A DNA stretch of 64,000 bases from an uncultured Christensenellaceae bacterium (GTDB taxonomy: Bacteria > Bacillota > Clostridia > Christensenellales > UBA3700): positions 193,268-257,267 of the forward strand of contig CAJUMY010000001.1 in assembly GCA_910587685.1 (NCBI GenBank), given 5' to 3'. The notes below the pieces were generated by a model. The model searched no databases. It was not told the DNA's origin and saw nothing but the letters and a program-made list of their open reading frames with translations. Shown piece by piece: positions 39,754-50,824 of the stretch (position 1 is the first letter of the stretch; each line of letters opens with the position of its first letter). The translations under genes were made by a program, and so were the position numbers.

Positions 39754-40031
39754 CGTCTATCTCCCGTCGGACGAAATTTAGCTCTATCCGACAAAAACAT
39801 TTTTGCGGCAAAACTCAAATAAAGCTCCCGCCGCAGTCTTTTATCACCTATATTTATCGGCTCGAACCGTAAAGAGCGATAAGTTTCGCCATTACGATAA
39901 CACGATAAACCGATAATATCCCTATACCGCTATAGACGCCGCCCCGTAACGGTACGGCGTATACTTATAGCGTAGTTATTTCCTTAAACGTCTCGAAAAT
40001 TTCGGTTTCCCCGAAAAACGTCGGCTCGCCG

Positions 40032-40235
40032 TTAATCTTTAACGACTACGTACTCGCCTTCGTATATTTCTTTACATGCGAGCGTTATCGGCTTCATTCC
40101 CGACTTATTGAGAAGTTCGTGGTCCTGAGTTACGAGCTGCTTTGCCCTCTTTGAAACTGCGCATACGAGCGCGTATCTGCATTCTGCTTTTTTGATCAAC
40201 TTATCGATAGGCGGATCTATCATCATATCTATCAT
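40032..40235 (-). CDS. rpoZ: DNA-directed RNA polymerase subunit omega
   Basis: 67 aa with RYALVCAVSKRAKQL. Follows gmk. Confidence 0.9.
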   Translation of the reverse strand: MIDMMIDPPIDKLIKKAECRYALVCAVSKRAKQLVTQDHELLNKSGMKPITLACKEIYEGEYVVVKD

Positions 40236-40843
40236 TATCTCCTTTCAAGTAGTCTATTTATAAATTCGGCGTTTCGCCCAACTTTACGTTTTTCTGCGTT
40301 TATTATCGCGATTATGTCGTCGGCGCATCTTTCGATCGTATCGTTCACTACAACGTACTCGTACTTTTCCACCGTCTCGAGCTCTCGTATCGACTCACCG
40401 ACACGTTTTTCGAGTTCTGCGGCGCTCTCCGTCTTTCTGTTGATAAGACGGCTCCTCAATATCTCTTTGCTCTCGGGCGTTAGGAATATGAGGACCGCGT
40501 CGCTCACCCTTTCCTTTACCGACATCGCGCCCTTTACGTCTATCTCGAGAACTACGTCGTAACCTGCTGTCCTCAGCCTCTCAACGTACTCCTTCGGCGT
40601 ACCGTAATAATTTCCGAATACGGGCTGATACTCGAGGAATTCGTCCCTCTCTATCATATCCTCAAACTCTTCTAAAGACTTAAAGAAGTAACTTTCGCCT
40701 TCCTTTTCGCCCTCTCTCGGCTTTCTCGTCGTTACGGATACCGAATATCTCAAACTCTCTATTTCGTCAAATACCTCTTTAAGAACCGTGCCTTTTCCCG
40801 CTCCCGAAGGTCCGGAAACAATAATTAGCAATCCTTTATTCAT
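40235..40843 (-). CDS. gmk: Guanylate kinase
   Basis: GPSGAGKGT P-loop, SVTTRKPREGE, YGT motifs. Confidence 0.95.
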   Translation of the reverse strand: MNKGLLIIVSGPSGAGKGTVLKEVFDEIESLRYSVSVTTRKPREGEKEGESYFFKSLEEFEDMIERDEFLEYQPVFGNYYGTPKEYVERLRTAGYDVVLEIDVKGAMSVKERVSDAVLIFLTPESKEILRSRLINRKTESAAELEKRVGESIRELETVEKYEYVVVNDTIERCADDIIAIINAEKRKVGRNAEFINRLLERR

Positions 40844-40863
40844 ATTTACCTTCCGTAATTTGT

Positions 40864-41739
40864 TTATTCTATGTTTTGTATCTGTTCTCTTACTTTCTCT
40901 ATCTCAGTTTTCAACGCTACGACGTACGACGATATAGTTATTTCGTTGCATTTCGAACCTATGGTATTGGTCTCTCTGTTCATCTCCTGTACCAAGAAAT
41001 CGATCTGTCTTCCTATAGGCTCGTCTTTGAGCAATATCTCGTTAAAATGCTTGATATGAGCGTCGAGTCGCGTGAGTTCTTCGTCGATGCCGACTTTGTC
41101 TACGTAAAACACCAGTTCGTTAAGCAGCTTCGATTCGTCTACCTCTACGCCTTCGAGAGCCTCATTGAGTCTTTTCCTAAGCTTTTCTTTATGTTCGCCT
41201 ATGACTTCGGGAGACCTCTTTGCGATCTCTCCGACGATGCCGGAAATCACGTCAAGACGGCTCGTTATATCGTCTCTTATGAGCGCGCCCTCTCTCTTTC
41301 TCATATCGTTGAGCCGCGCAAGAGCCTTTTCGAGAGCGTCGGTAATCATCGTTTCGAGAATATCTTCGCTGTCCTCCGTCTCTCTATCGCTCACTACGTC
41401 GGGCATCCTCATCAGTTCGTATACGCCGACGTTATTTTCGAGCGAAAGCATTTCGCTTATACCCAAAGATGCGTTAAAATATTTCTTCGCAAGTTCCGTA
41501 TCCACAAAGAGTTCGTTCTTTTCTGCTCGCATATCCTCGTAATTGACGTATACGTCAAGATGACCTCTCTGCACTCTTTCCTTTATTTTTTTACGAAGCG
41601 CATCGTCTGCAAAATTAAAGGTTTTCGGCATTTTGACGCCTAAATCGAGAAAACGGTGATTGACCGCCTTTATTTCAAGAGTTATTTTCCTGCCGTCTCT
41701 CTCCGAAACGCCTTTTCCGTAACCTGTCATACTGTTCAT
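40864..41739 (-). CDS. yicC: YicC/YloC family stress-induced protein
   Basis: MTGYG, KAVNHRFLD, C-terminal REVNTIGSK-like (RETNTIGSK) and QIQNIE motifs. Confidence 0.9.
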   Translation of the reverse strand: MNSMTGYGKGVSERDGRKITLEIKAVNHRFLDLGVKMPKTFNFADDALRKKIKERVQRGHLDVYVNYEDMRAEKNELFVDTELAKKYFNASLGISEMLSLENNVGVYELMRMPDVVSDRETEDSEDILETMITDALEKALARLNDMRKREGALIRDDITSRLDVISGIVGEIAKRSPEVIGEHKEKLRKRLNEALEGVEVDESKLLNELVFYVDKVGIDEELTRLDAHIKHFNEILLKDEPIGRQIDFLVQEMNRETNTIGSKCNEITISSYVVALKTEIEKVREQIQNIE

Positions 41740-42713
41740 AAATTCATCCCTTCCTTTTCAGCAGTAAACAATTCGTCCGCGGTAACGCTTATCTCTTCGA
41801 GCCTGTCTCCGTGATCCGCGACGGTCTTTTCTCCGCCCAAACGCCCGATTTCGGTAAGAAGTATTCCGCTTCCTCTAAAAGCCTCTTTCAATCTGTCGGC
41901 GTCGTCTGTCGCTATCAGCAAACTACCGCTCGATATAAGACGCATGGGAGATATTTTCAATCTTTTCGCGAGTTTGCGAGTAACGTTCAAAACGGGAATA
42001 TCCTTTACGCTTACGAGCGCTCCCACGCCGCTCGCCGCAGCCATCTCGCATACGGCTCCGAAAACGCCGCCCTCGGTAACGTCGTGCATCGCGTGAACGC
42101 CCGCTTCGACAGCAAGCATACTGTCCTTAGCTATAGAAAGCGAAGAATTCACCGTATCGAGCTCCTCTCTGTCTCTATCGTCAATGAGCTCTTTATGCCT
42201 TGCGGCAAGGATAGCGGTTCCCTCTATCGCGGCGTATTTCGTCATAAAGAGCGTATCGCCTTCTTTACCTCCGCCAGTCGAAACGGTATCTTTTCCTCTC
42301 GGCTTTCCGATCATGGTCACCGATACTATCTCCCTTACGACGGAATCGGAAAACTCCGTATGACCGCCTACGATAGTTATCCCGAGCTCTTCCGCGACGC
42401 GCTCGGCATCGGAAATTATCTTCGCTATCCTATCCGTTTCGGAAGTCGGAGGAACAATGACCGTCAAAGTCGCTATCAACGGAATACCGCCCGAAGAATA
42501 TATATCGTTCGCAGATACGCGCATTGCGAGTTCGCCTGCGTTTTCCGTCTCCGCGGTTATCGGATCGCTCGTTACGAGCATATCGCCGAAACCTTTCACA
42601 ACGGCGCAATCCTCGCCGATGCCGCCTTTCAACGCAACCAGATCTTCGTTATTGTTCTTTATAACGCTAAGGCAACTATTAAGTTCTTCGTTAGTCAGTT
42701 TGCCCTTTCGCAT
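41736..42713 (-). CDS. AIR synthase-related protein (PurM/ThiL/HypE superfamily)
   Basis: GEDCAV, SANDIYSSGG, GGHTE motifs of the PurM-like fold. Exact function not assignable. Confidence 0.65.
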   Translation of the reverse strand: MRKGKLTNEELNSCLSVIKNNNEDLVALKGGIGEDCAVVKGFGDMLVTSDPITAETENAGELAMRVSANDIYSSGGIPLIATLTVIVPPTSETDRIAKIISDAERVAEELGITIVGGHTEFSDSVVREIVSVTMIGKPRGKDTVSTGGGKEGDTLFMTKYAAIEGTAILAARHKELIDDRDREELDTVNSSLSIAKDSMLAVEAGVHAMHDVTEGGVFGAVCEMAAASGVGALVSVKDIPVLNVTRKLAKRLKISPMRLISSGSLLIATDDADRLKEAFRGSGILLTEIGRLGGEKTVADHGDRLEEISVTADELFTAEKEGMNL

Positions 42714-43002
42714 ATACGCGTCCTCAAAAATTTTTTTATATATTTTATATATTCTAGCACAACGACGCCGTTTTTACAACTCTTTCATAATAAATAATTT
42801 TAATTTATAGAGCTAAGTTGCGACAAATAAGCAAAGAACAGAAATTTCAACGCGGACTTCTATTGACATCGAACAAAACTCCAACGCGGACTTCTATATG
42901 TCTCAGGCAAAATTCAAATGCTGCGCTTAGCATCATACACGTCAAAACGAACAGCCAAACAACGCTTTTTCGTCACGCAATCCGACTTCCGATGATATGC
43001 AG

Positions 43003-43032
43003 AAATAAAAAAGGAGAGACGCGTATCTCTCC
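43003..43032 (-). terminator. Intrinsic terminator after ligA
   Basis: The minus strand reads GGAGAGATACGCGTCTCTCC followed by TTTTTTATTT. Confidence 0.8.
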
Positions 43033-43107
43033 GATATGAACTATTTATTTATCGCTTATCGAACTAAGAACGACTTTCGGATATTATCGCAAACAGCCGC
43101 CAACCGG

Positions 43108-45165
<2,058 letters not shown>

Positions 45166-45185
45166 TCATTTATCAGTCTATATCT

Positions 45186-47372
45186 TTATTCGATAACGGC
45201 GATAGGCGCAAGACGCAGATTGAACGTCTTCGTCCCCAGCTTTTCAAAGTTTATGTCGGCGTTTTCTCCTCGGATCGAGAGAATACGTCCTTCGCCGTAG
45301 CGATTATGTCTGACTCTCTGCCCTACCTTGAATACGCTAATATCCTTAGATGCGGGAGCAGGCTTTGAAAGGTTGTCCTTTATCCTATCTCGGTACTCGT
45401 TAGATATAGTATAATTATTCTTGGCTTTATCCCCGACGCCGGAATAGGCGGACGAAGCTATAGCTTTGTACTTCGTCATATCGGACTCTATGCCCGACTC
45501 GGATATGAATCGCGACGACACGTTACTGTCTATCTTGCCGTAACGGTATCTCTGCGATGCGTTCGTCAGATATAGTCTCTCCTTCGCTCTCGTGACCGCA
45601 ACGTACATTATACGGCGCTCTTCCTCTATATCCGACGCTTCGATGGCTCTGGTACTCGGGAATATTCCTTCCTCCAAGCCTACGACGAAGACGCATCTGA
45701 ACTCAAGCCCTTTCACGCCGTGTATCGTCGCTATAGTAAGGTAATTGCCTTCATTGATGTCGTCGGTATCAGATATCAAAGCAAGCGATTCGAGATACTC
45801 GTCGAGCGTAGTATTCTCGCCGTTATCGCGGCAAAACTGCTTTATCGAAGTAGCAAGCTCTTTGATATTTTCAAGTTTGGTATACTCTTCCTGAATATTC
45901 GCGTCGTACTCCGTCTCGAACTCAACTTTTTCAAGCATATACTCTATGAATCTGTCGAGGGTCATCTCTTGCAACGCCTTTTCGAGACAGACGACAAGTT
46001 CTCTGAATACGTCTACTTTTTTCTTCGTAGCCGCGGGCATATCTGTGTCCCATATCCCCTTTATCACGTCGAGAAGCGACATATCATGCTCATAGGCATA
46101 TTCGCAAAGCCTTTTCTGAACGGCGTCGCCGATACCCCTTTTAGGCAGATTTATTATTCTCAGTATCGACTCGGTATCTTTAGGATTCGCAAGCATCCTA
46201 AGATACGCCACGGTGTCTTTTACTTCCTTTCTCTCATAGAATTTGAAGCCGCCGTATATCTTGTACGGAATACCGTACATATTCATTCTTTCCTCGAACG
46301 TTCTCGTTATACTGTTGATCCTGACAAGTATAGCGAAATCATTCGGTCTATATCCGTTATTGTCAATGAGCCCGACGATCTCCTTTAGCACGTAGTCGGC
46401 CTCTTGCCTGTCGTCGAAATTGCTCTTATATACGACCTTAACGCCGTCACCTTCATTGGGTACGAGCTTTTTTCCCATACGCATATTATTATTCGCGATG
46501 ATATTGTTCGCGCATTTCAATATATTTCCGCTGCTTCTGTAATTGCGCTGTAATTTATATATTTTAGCGTTGGGATAATCGTTTTTGAAATTGAGTATAT
46601 TTCCGACTTCCGCGCCTCTCCAGCCGTATATGCTTTGGTCGTCGTCGCCTACGACGAATAAGTTCTTATGATACGCGGATATGAGTCTCACGAGCAAATA
46701 CTGTATCTTGTTCGTATCTTGAAACTCATCTATATGTACGTACTTAAAACGCTCTTGGTATTTTCTCAGAACTTCGGGAAACTTTGCGAAGAGCTCTATC
46801 GTCTTGAGCATCAAATCGTCAAAATCAAGCGCGTTAGCGCGTCTCAATTCCTCTTCGTATCGCGAATATATTTTGAATATCTTATCGGATTTCGGATGCG
46901 TACACTGAGCGTAATATTTATCGGGCGATAACGCAAAATTCTTCGCTGTCGATATATGATTTTTAACGGTCTTTTTCAGCTCTCCGTCGTCAATATCCAT
47001 ATCCTTCATTATCCTCTGAATGAGTTTTTCAGAGTCTCCCTCTGTGTATATCGAATAATTTTTGCCGTAGTCGAGCTTATCAATATCATAACGAAGTATT
47101 CTGTTACAAAATGAATGGAACGTGCTTATCCACATATCGGAAGCGCCGACAAGCGACACCAGACGCTCCTTCATCTCTCCCGCCGCCTTATTAGTGAACG
47201 TTATCGCAAGAATATTGTAAGGATGAACGTTCTTTTCCTCAAGAAGATACGCTATCCTGTACGTCAAAACACGCGTCTTTCCGCTTCCTGCGCCCGCAAG
47301 CACCAATAGCTGTCCTTCGGTATCTTTTACCGGCAAAATCTGTTCGTCATTGAGTAGCTTATCGTAATCCAT
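45186..47372 (-). CDS. pcrA: ATP-dependent DNA helicase PcrA (UvrD family)
   Basis: AGAGSGKTRV, DEFQDT, QNYRS, VTRAKERL. pcrA-ligA synteny. Confidence 0.93.
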   Translation of the reverse strand: MDYDKLLNDEQILPVKDTEGQLLVLAGAGSGKTRVLTYRIAYLLEEKNVHPYNILAITFTNKAAGEMKERLVSLVGASDMWISTFHSFCNRILRYDIDKLDYGKNYSIYTEGDSEKLIQRIMKDMDIDDGELKKTVKNHISTAKNFALSPDKYYAQCTHPKSDKIFKIYSRYEEELRRANALDFDDLMLKTIELFAKFPEVLRKYQERFKYVHIDEFQDTNKIQYLLVRLISAYHKNLFVVGDDDQSIYGWRGAEVGNILNFKNDYPNAKIYKLQRNYRSSGNILKCANNIIANNNMRMGKKLVPNEGDGVKVVYKSNFDDRQEADYVLKEIVGLIDNNGYRPNDFAILVRINSITRTFEERMNMYGIPYKIYGGFKFYERKEVKDTVAYLRMLANPKDTESILRIINLPKRGIGDAVQKRLCEYAYEHDMSLLDVIKGIWDTDMPAATKKKVDVFRELVVCLEKALQEMTLDRFIEYMLEKVEFETEYDANIQEEYTKLENIKELATSIKQFCRDNGENTTLDEYLESLALISDTDDINEGNYLTIATIHGVKGLEFRCVFVVGLEEGIFPSTRAIEASDIEEERRIMYVAVTRAKERLYLTNASQRYRYGKIDSNVSSRFISESGIESDMTKYKAIASSAYSGVGDKAKNNYTISNEYRDRIKDNLSKPAPASKDISVFKVGQRVRHNRYGEGRILSIRGENADINFEKLGTKTFNLRLAPIAVIE

Positions 47373-47575
47373 TGTCAGAGTTTCCTTAAATTCATTAATG
47401 TTTCATTATATAATAACACTGTTATTCTACCATATCAGCGAGCCAATAATCAAGGAAGAATATACCGATTATCACAATTATTATCTTAGCAGTAAAACTA
47501 TAATGATAAGACCTTACTCCTATCCGTCTTTTATCGAGAACAACTCTTTTATAAAATAAAAGTACGTTACTTATA

Positions 47576-47607
47576 AAACAAAAACGCGGACATAAGCCGC
47601 GTTTTTA
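47576..47607. terminator. Bidirectional hairpin terminator
   Basis: ACGCGG-ACATAAG-CCGCGT flanked by an A-run and a T-run. Confidence 0.6.
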
Positions 47608-47741
47608 TTCGCGTAATAAACCAATTTCAATTTAATTAGCTTTTTCCCTCAATACCATATCGCATTGCACAATAACGTTCGTATCGCTTATCGTACGTAT
47701 CGACCGACGCTATAAAGCGACATATGTCGATACGTTCATAT

Positions 47742-48299
47742 TTACATATCTTGCATTTTCTTTCTTCTTATAATGACTATCGCGGCTACGCAGCCTATTA
47801 TCGCAACCGAGCCGACAACTATAGCTACCGATATCGAAGCCCAATCGGAGTTAGCCTTTATACTTGCCTTATAGTTCCCATTCTGCCATACGTTGACGCT
47901 TTTTATGGAAAAATCCGTTCCTTCTCCGTTCTCAAAGTTGCCGAACGCCTACGCGTATGGACCTATCTTTCCGTCTCTTATCTCGACTGTGAGCCTCAGA
48001 TATTCGGGCGCTTTCGAAACGCCGCCCGCGTCGCTCGCCCATACGGCTTCTCCGTCCACGTAGAACACGTAATATTCCGATGTCCATAGAAACGAATACT
48101 TATGATATTCTCCGTCGTACAGGTTCTTTTTGACGTCGGTAACGTTACCGCCCGACCTACAAAAAAGAGGGGCGTGAGCGTCACAATGCAGAGCATTACC
48201 TGTCTTCATTGGGTTCTCCTTTACAAAAGACGATTCGTATATATCTATTTCCGTGCCGTCCTCGCCGAAGTGATACCGAAAACACCGCCTAACAAACAA
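47742..48299 (-). pseudogene. Remnant of a GH16-like (concanavalin-like glucanase) gene, 5'-truncated, with an in-frame TAG and a C-terminal TM anchor
   Basis: Catalytic-type motif EIDIYE, then HKYSFLWTSEYYVFYVDGE and PEYLRLTVEI. TAG at 47949-47951 is followed in frame by AFGNFENGEG...SVNVWQNG...ISVAIVVGSVAIIGCVAAIVIIRRKK. No N-terminal half or signal peptide. Confidence 0.65.
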
Positions 48300-48390
48300 A
48301 AAATCTTACGACAAAATCAAAAATAATGCCGCGTCTTAAAATTTTGCCTATATATTTTCGTAATATTATTAAAAAAGTCGCATAAAATAA

Positions 48391-48419
48391 TTGACATAAC
48401 ATTTTTTCCGTGATAAAAT
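48391..48419 (+). promoter_or_regulatory. SigA-type promoter of the plus-strand tRNA cluster
   Basis: TTGACA, 17 nt, then TAAAAT, about 28 nt upstream of the first tRNA. Confidence 0.65.
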
Positions 48420-48446
48420 AATCAAGCATTAAGACATTAAAGAGAT

Positions 48447-48520
48447 GCGGGTGTAGTTCAATGGTAGAATCCCAGCCTTCCAAGCTGGTCGTGTGGGTTC
48501 GATTCCCATCACCCGCTCCA
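48447..48520 (+). tRNA. tRNA-Gly (anticodon TCC)
   Basis: Cloverleaf, loop CTTCCAA, encoded CCA. Confidence 0.92.
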
Positions 48521-48528
48521 TTTTTTGT

Positions 48529-48605
48529 GAGTCTGTAGCTCAGTTGGATAGAGCAACGGCCTTCTAAGCCGTAGGTCGGGGGTTCGAATCCCTCCAGGCT
48601 CACCA
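48529..48605 (+). tRNA. tRNA-Arg (anticodon TCT)
   Basis: Cloverleaf, loop CTTCTAA, encoded CCA. Confidence 0.92.
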
Positions 48606-48617
48606 TCACTATTATAT

Positions 48618-48695
48618 GGTGGGTATAGCTCAGTTGGCTAGAGCGCTAGGTTGTGGCCCTAGAGGTCAAGGGTTCGACTCCCTTTACTCACCCCA
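48618..48695 (+). tRNA. tRNA-His (anticodon GTG) with encoded G-1
   Basis: Extra 5' G opposite discriminator C, loop TTGTGGC, encoded CCA. Confidence 0.92.
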
Positions 48696-48709
48696 CTAAT
48701 TTTTATTAA

Positions 48710-48784
48710 TGGGGTGTCGCCAAGCGGTAAGGCACTAGACTTTGACTTTAGTATTCGCTGGTTCGAGTCCAGCCACCCCAGCCA
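48710..48784 (+). tRNA. tRNA-Gln (anticodon TTG)
   Basis: TGGGGTG/CACCCCA acceptor, loop CTTTGAC, encoded CCA. Confidence 0.9.
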
Positions 48785-48800
48785 TACGATATAATAATAT

Positions 48801-48876
48801 TGGGGTATCGCCAAATGGTTAAGGCACCAGACTCTGACTCTGGTATTTGAGGGTTCAAGTCCTTCTACCCCAGCCA
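48801..48876 (+). tRNA. tRNA-Gln (anticodon CTG)
   Basis: TGGGGTA/TACCCCA acceptor, loop CTCTGAC, encoded CCA. Confidence 0.9.
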
Positions 48877-48928
48877 TTAATGGTAATCAGTATTGCCGAA
48901 AAAAAGTTGAAAAATCTGCTTAAAACGC

Positions 48929-48957
48929 TTGCTCTTTTTTATAAGATAGGCTATAAT
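48929..48957 (+). promoter_or_regulatory. Internal SigA-type promoter within the tRNA cluster
   Basis: TTGCTC, 17 nt, then TATAAT, in the 107-bp spacer between tRNA-Gln and tRNA-Lys. Confidence 0.55.
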
Positions 48958-48983
48958 ATGCAGGTACTTCGTTCGAGAAATGA

Positions 48984-49059
48984 GATCCATTAGCTCAGTC
49001 GGTAGAGCACGTGACTTTTAATCACGGTGTCCCGAGTTCGAATCTCGGATGGGTCACCA
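48984..49059 (+). tRNA. tRNA-Lys (anticodon TTT)
   Basis: Cloverleaf, loop CTTTTAA, encoded CCA. Confidence 0.92.
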
Positions 49060-49077
49060 AATTGCTATCAATATAAT

Positions 49078-49160
49078 GCGGATGTGGCGGAATTGGCAGA
49101 CGCGCCAGACTTAGGATCTGGTGTTCACACGTGGGGGTTCGACTCCCTTCATCCGCACCA
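49078..49160 (+). tRNA. tRNA-Leu (anticodon TAG)
   Basis: Long variable arm, loop CTTAGGA, encoded CCA. Confidence 0.92.
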
Positions 49161-49172
49161 TAGATAACTAAT

Positions 49173-49247
<75 letters not shown>

Positions 49248-49262
49248 TATTTAACTTAATAT

Positions 49263-49338
49263 GTACCTTTAGCTCAGTTGGTAGAGCAACTGACTCTTAA
49301 TCAGTGGGTCCAGGGTTCGAATCCCTGAAGGTGCACCA
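49263..49338 (+). tRNA. tRNA-Lys (anticodon CTT)
   Basis: Cloverleaf, loop CTCTTAA, encoded CCA. Confidence 0.92.
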
Positions 49339-49346
49339 AAAACCAA

Positions 49347-49376
49347 CCTAATCCAAATATCGGATTAGGTTTTTTA
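49347..49376 (+). terminator. Intrinsic terminator of the tRNA cluster
   Basis: CCTAATCC-AAATATC-GGATTAGG followed by TTTTTT. Confidence 0.8.
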
Positions 49377-49432
49377 CGTTTTTATGCTTGAATAATATTG
49401 TTGACCGAGCAAATTCATGATATAATATTTCT

Positions 49433-49942
49433 ATGATAATATTGATCTCGGGAACAACGCATACGGGTAAAACCTCCCTATCGCAACGGCTTATGGAAAA
49501 GTATAAAATTCCATACCTGTCTATCGACCATTTGAAAATGGGTTTGATAAGAAGCGGCGAAACTTCGTATGCCGTAAACGACGATGAAAAACTTACGCCG
49601 TATCTTTGGCAAATCGTAAAGGAGATCGTAAAAACGGCGATAGAGAACAAGCAAAACCTTATTATCGAGGGTTGCTATATCCCATTCGATTGGCAAAAAG
49701 ATTTCGATGAAAGTTATTTACGCGAAATAAAATTTTATTGCCTTATTATGAGCGCCGAATATATTGAAAACAATTTTTCCGATATTTTGAAATTCGAAAA
49801 CGTCATTGAAAGTCGCATCTCGACCGACGTAAACAAATGCGATTTGATAGCGGATAATAAAAGAAACCTACAACTATGTCAAGAGTATAGGTTAAAATAT
49901 ATTATTATTGATAAAAATTACACGATAGATATCGAGTTATGA
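49433..49942 (+). CDS. P-loop NTPase/kinase (2-phosphoglycerate kinase / adenylate kinase-like)
   Basis: Walker A ISGTTHTGKTS at the N-terminus, about 170 aa. AT-rich. No SD sequence (see finding). Confidence 0.6.
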   Translation: MIILISGTTHTGKTSLSQRLMEKYKIPYLSIDHLKMGLIRSGETSYAVNDDEKLTPYLWQIVKEIVKTAIENKQNLIIEGCYIPFDWQKDFDESYLREIKFYCLIMSAEYIENNFSDILKFENVIESRISTDVNKCDLIADNKRNLQLCQEYRLKYIIIDKNYTIDIEL

Positions 49943-50152
49943 TAATATAGAAATATAGCAACAACTATCGCGATACGGCGTCAATACTATAAGCGCAGTC
50001 TAAATAATATCGCCTTACTCCCCGTAAATATAATTAATTTTGCGAAAAATAAAAAAATTTTCAAATAATTCATACAAACCGCGGACGTTTTTGATTTCAT
50101 TGCGTCTTAATAAGTGTAAGGTCTTACAAAATACTATATGAGAGGTTGAATC

Positions 50153-50821
50153 ATGAATAAGTATGTAAAAGCAGATATGCAAACCGACGATCAATACGAT
50201 TATAAGAATTTGGGGAAGCTCGATATGCGTAACTTCACCGTCGAAGCGACTCGCTCTATTCGCGGCATCAAAAACGTAGGTATGTTGATAATGCCGTCCG
50301 ATAACCCTACCCTTGCAGGAGCGATCGCAGCCGTACCGAAGAAGAACATCGGCGCGCAGATAGCTATTCCTTCAACGGAAAACGTACGCGAGTATAGCGG
50401 AAAATTACATCTTACGCCCGATATTTTGCCTGATGACGGAGGACATCTATTTACGGAAGGCATAATATATTTCACCAATCCCGACAACGCTCCTATGCCG
50501 AAATACGACCTGACCGCGATAGGTCAAATATTTATCGGAGCAAACGTCAATTTGAATATACTAAATCTTATCGGCATACAAAAAAAGGGAAATTTTCTAT
50601 ACTCTGTCGAACTCAAAGGAAACGTATTCGACGCTATGACGCTTGCTAATCTAAAACCAAGCACGCTCGTTCACTTAGGTCAAAAAAGAAAGGTCAAGAT
50701 CGCAAAGAATATAACTGTGGAAGAACTAAAAAACAAGAACATATCTGTCTATTACGACAGCGAAGTGACCAAGCTAAGCGGCAATAAGAACGTCATCTCC
50801 TACATCAACTCTACGCTATGA
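50153..50821 (+). CDS. Hypothetical protein with no recognisable domain, signal peptide or TM helix
   Basis: GAGAGG RBS. Its stop lies 3 nt before the sigma-factor start, so the two are probably co-translated. Confidence 0.55.
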   Translation: MNKYVKADMQTDDQYDYKNLGKLDMRNFTVEATRSIRGIKNVGMLIMPSDNPTLAGAIAAVPKKNIGAQIAIPSTENVREYSGKLHLTPDILPDDGGHLFTEGIIYFTNPDNAPMPKYDLTAIGQIFIGANVNLNILNLIGIQKKGNFLYSVELKGNVFDAMTLANLKPSTLVHLGQKRKVKIAKNITVEELKNKNISVYYDSEVTKLSGNKNVISYINSTL

Positions 50822-50824
50822 CAT

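Noticed and set aside
42818-43039. 73-aa plus-strand ORF in the ligA / AIR-synthase-like intergenic region.
   Set aside because: No RBS. It spans a direct repeat and runs into the ligA terminator, and its composition is non-coding-like.
47430-47560. Possible small hydrophobic peptide (KIIIVIIGIFFLDYWLADMVE) on the minus strand upstream of pcrA.
   Set aside because: No ATG or TTG start, and the only GTG start leaves 17 codons, despite an open frame. Likely a chance ORF in an AT-rich promoter region.
47373-48446. Replication origin at the strand switch between minus-strand housekeeping genes and the plus-strand tRNA cluster.
   Set aside because: No cluster of DnaA boxes (TTATCCACA), no dnaA/dnaN nearby, and the giant gene further right is again on the minus strand.
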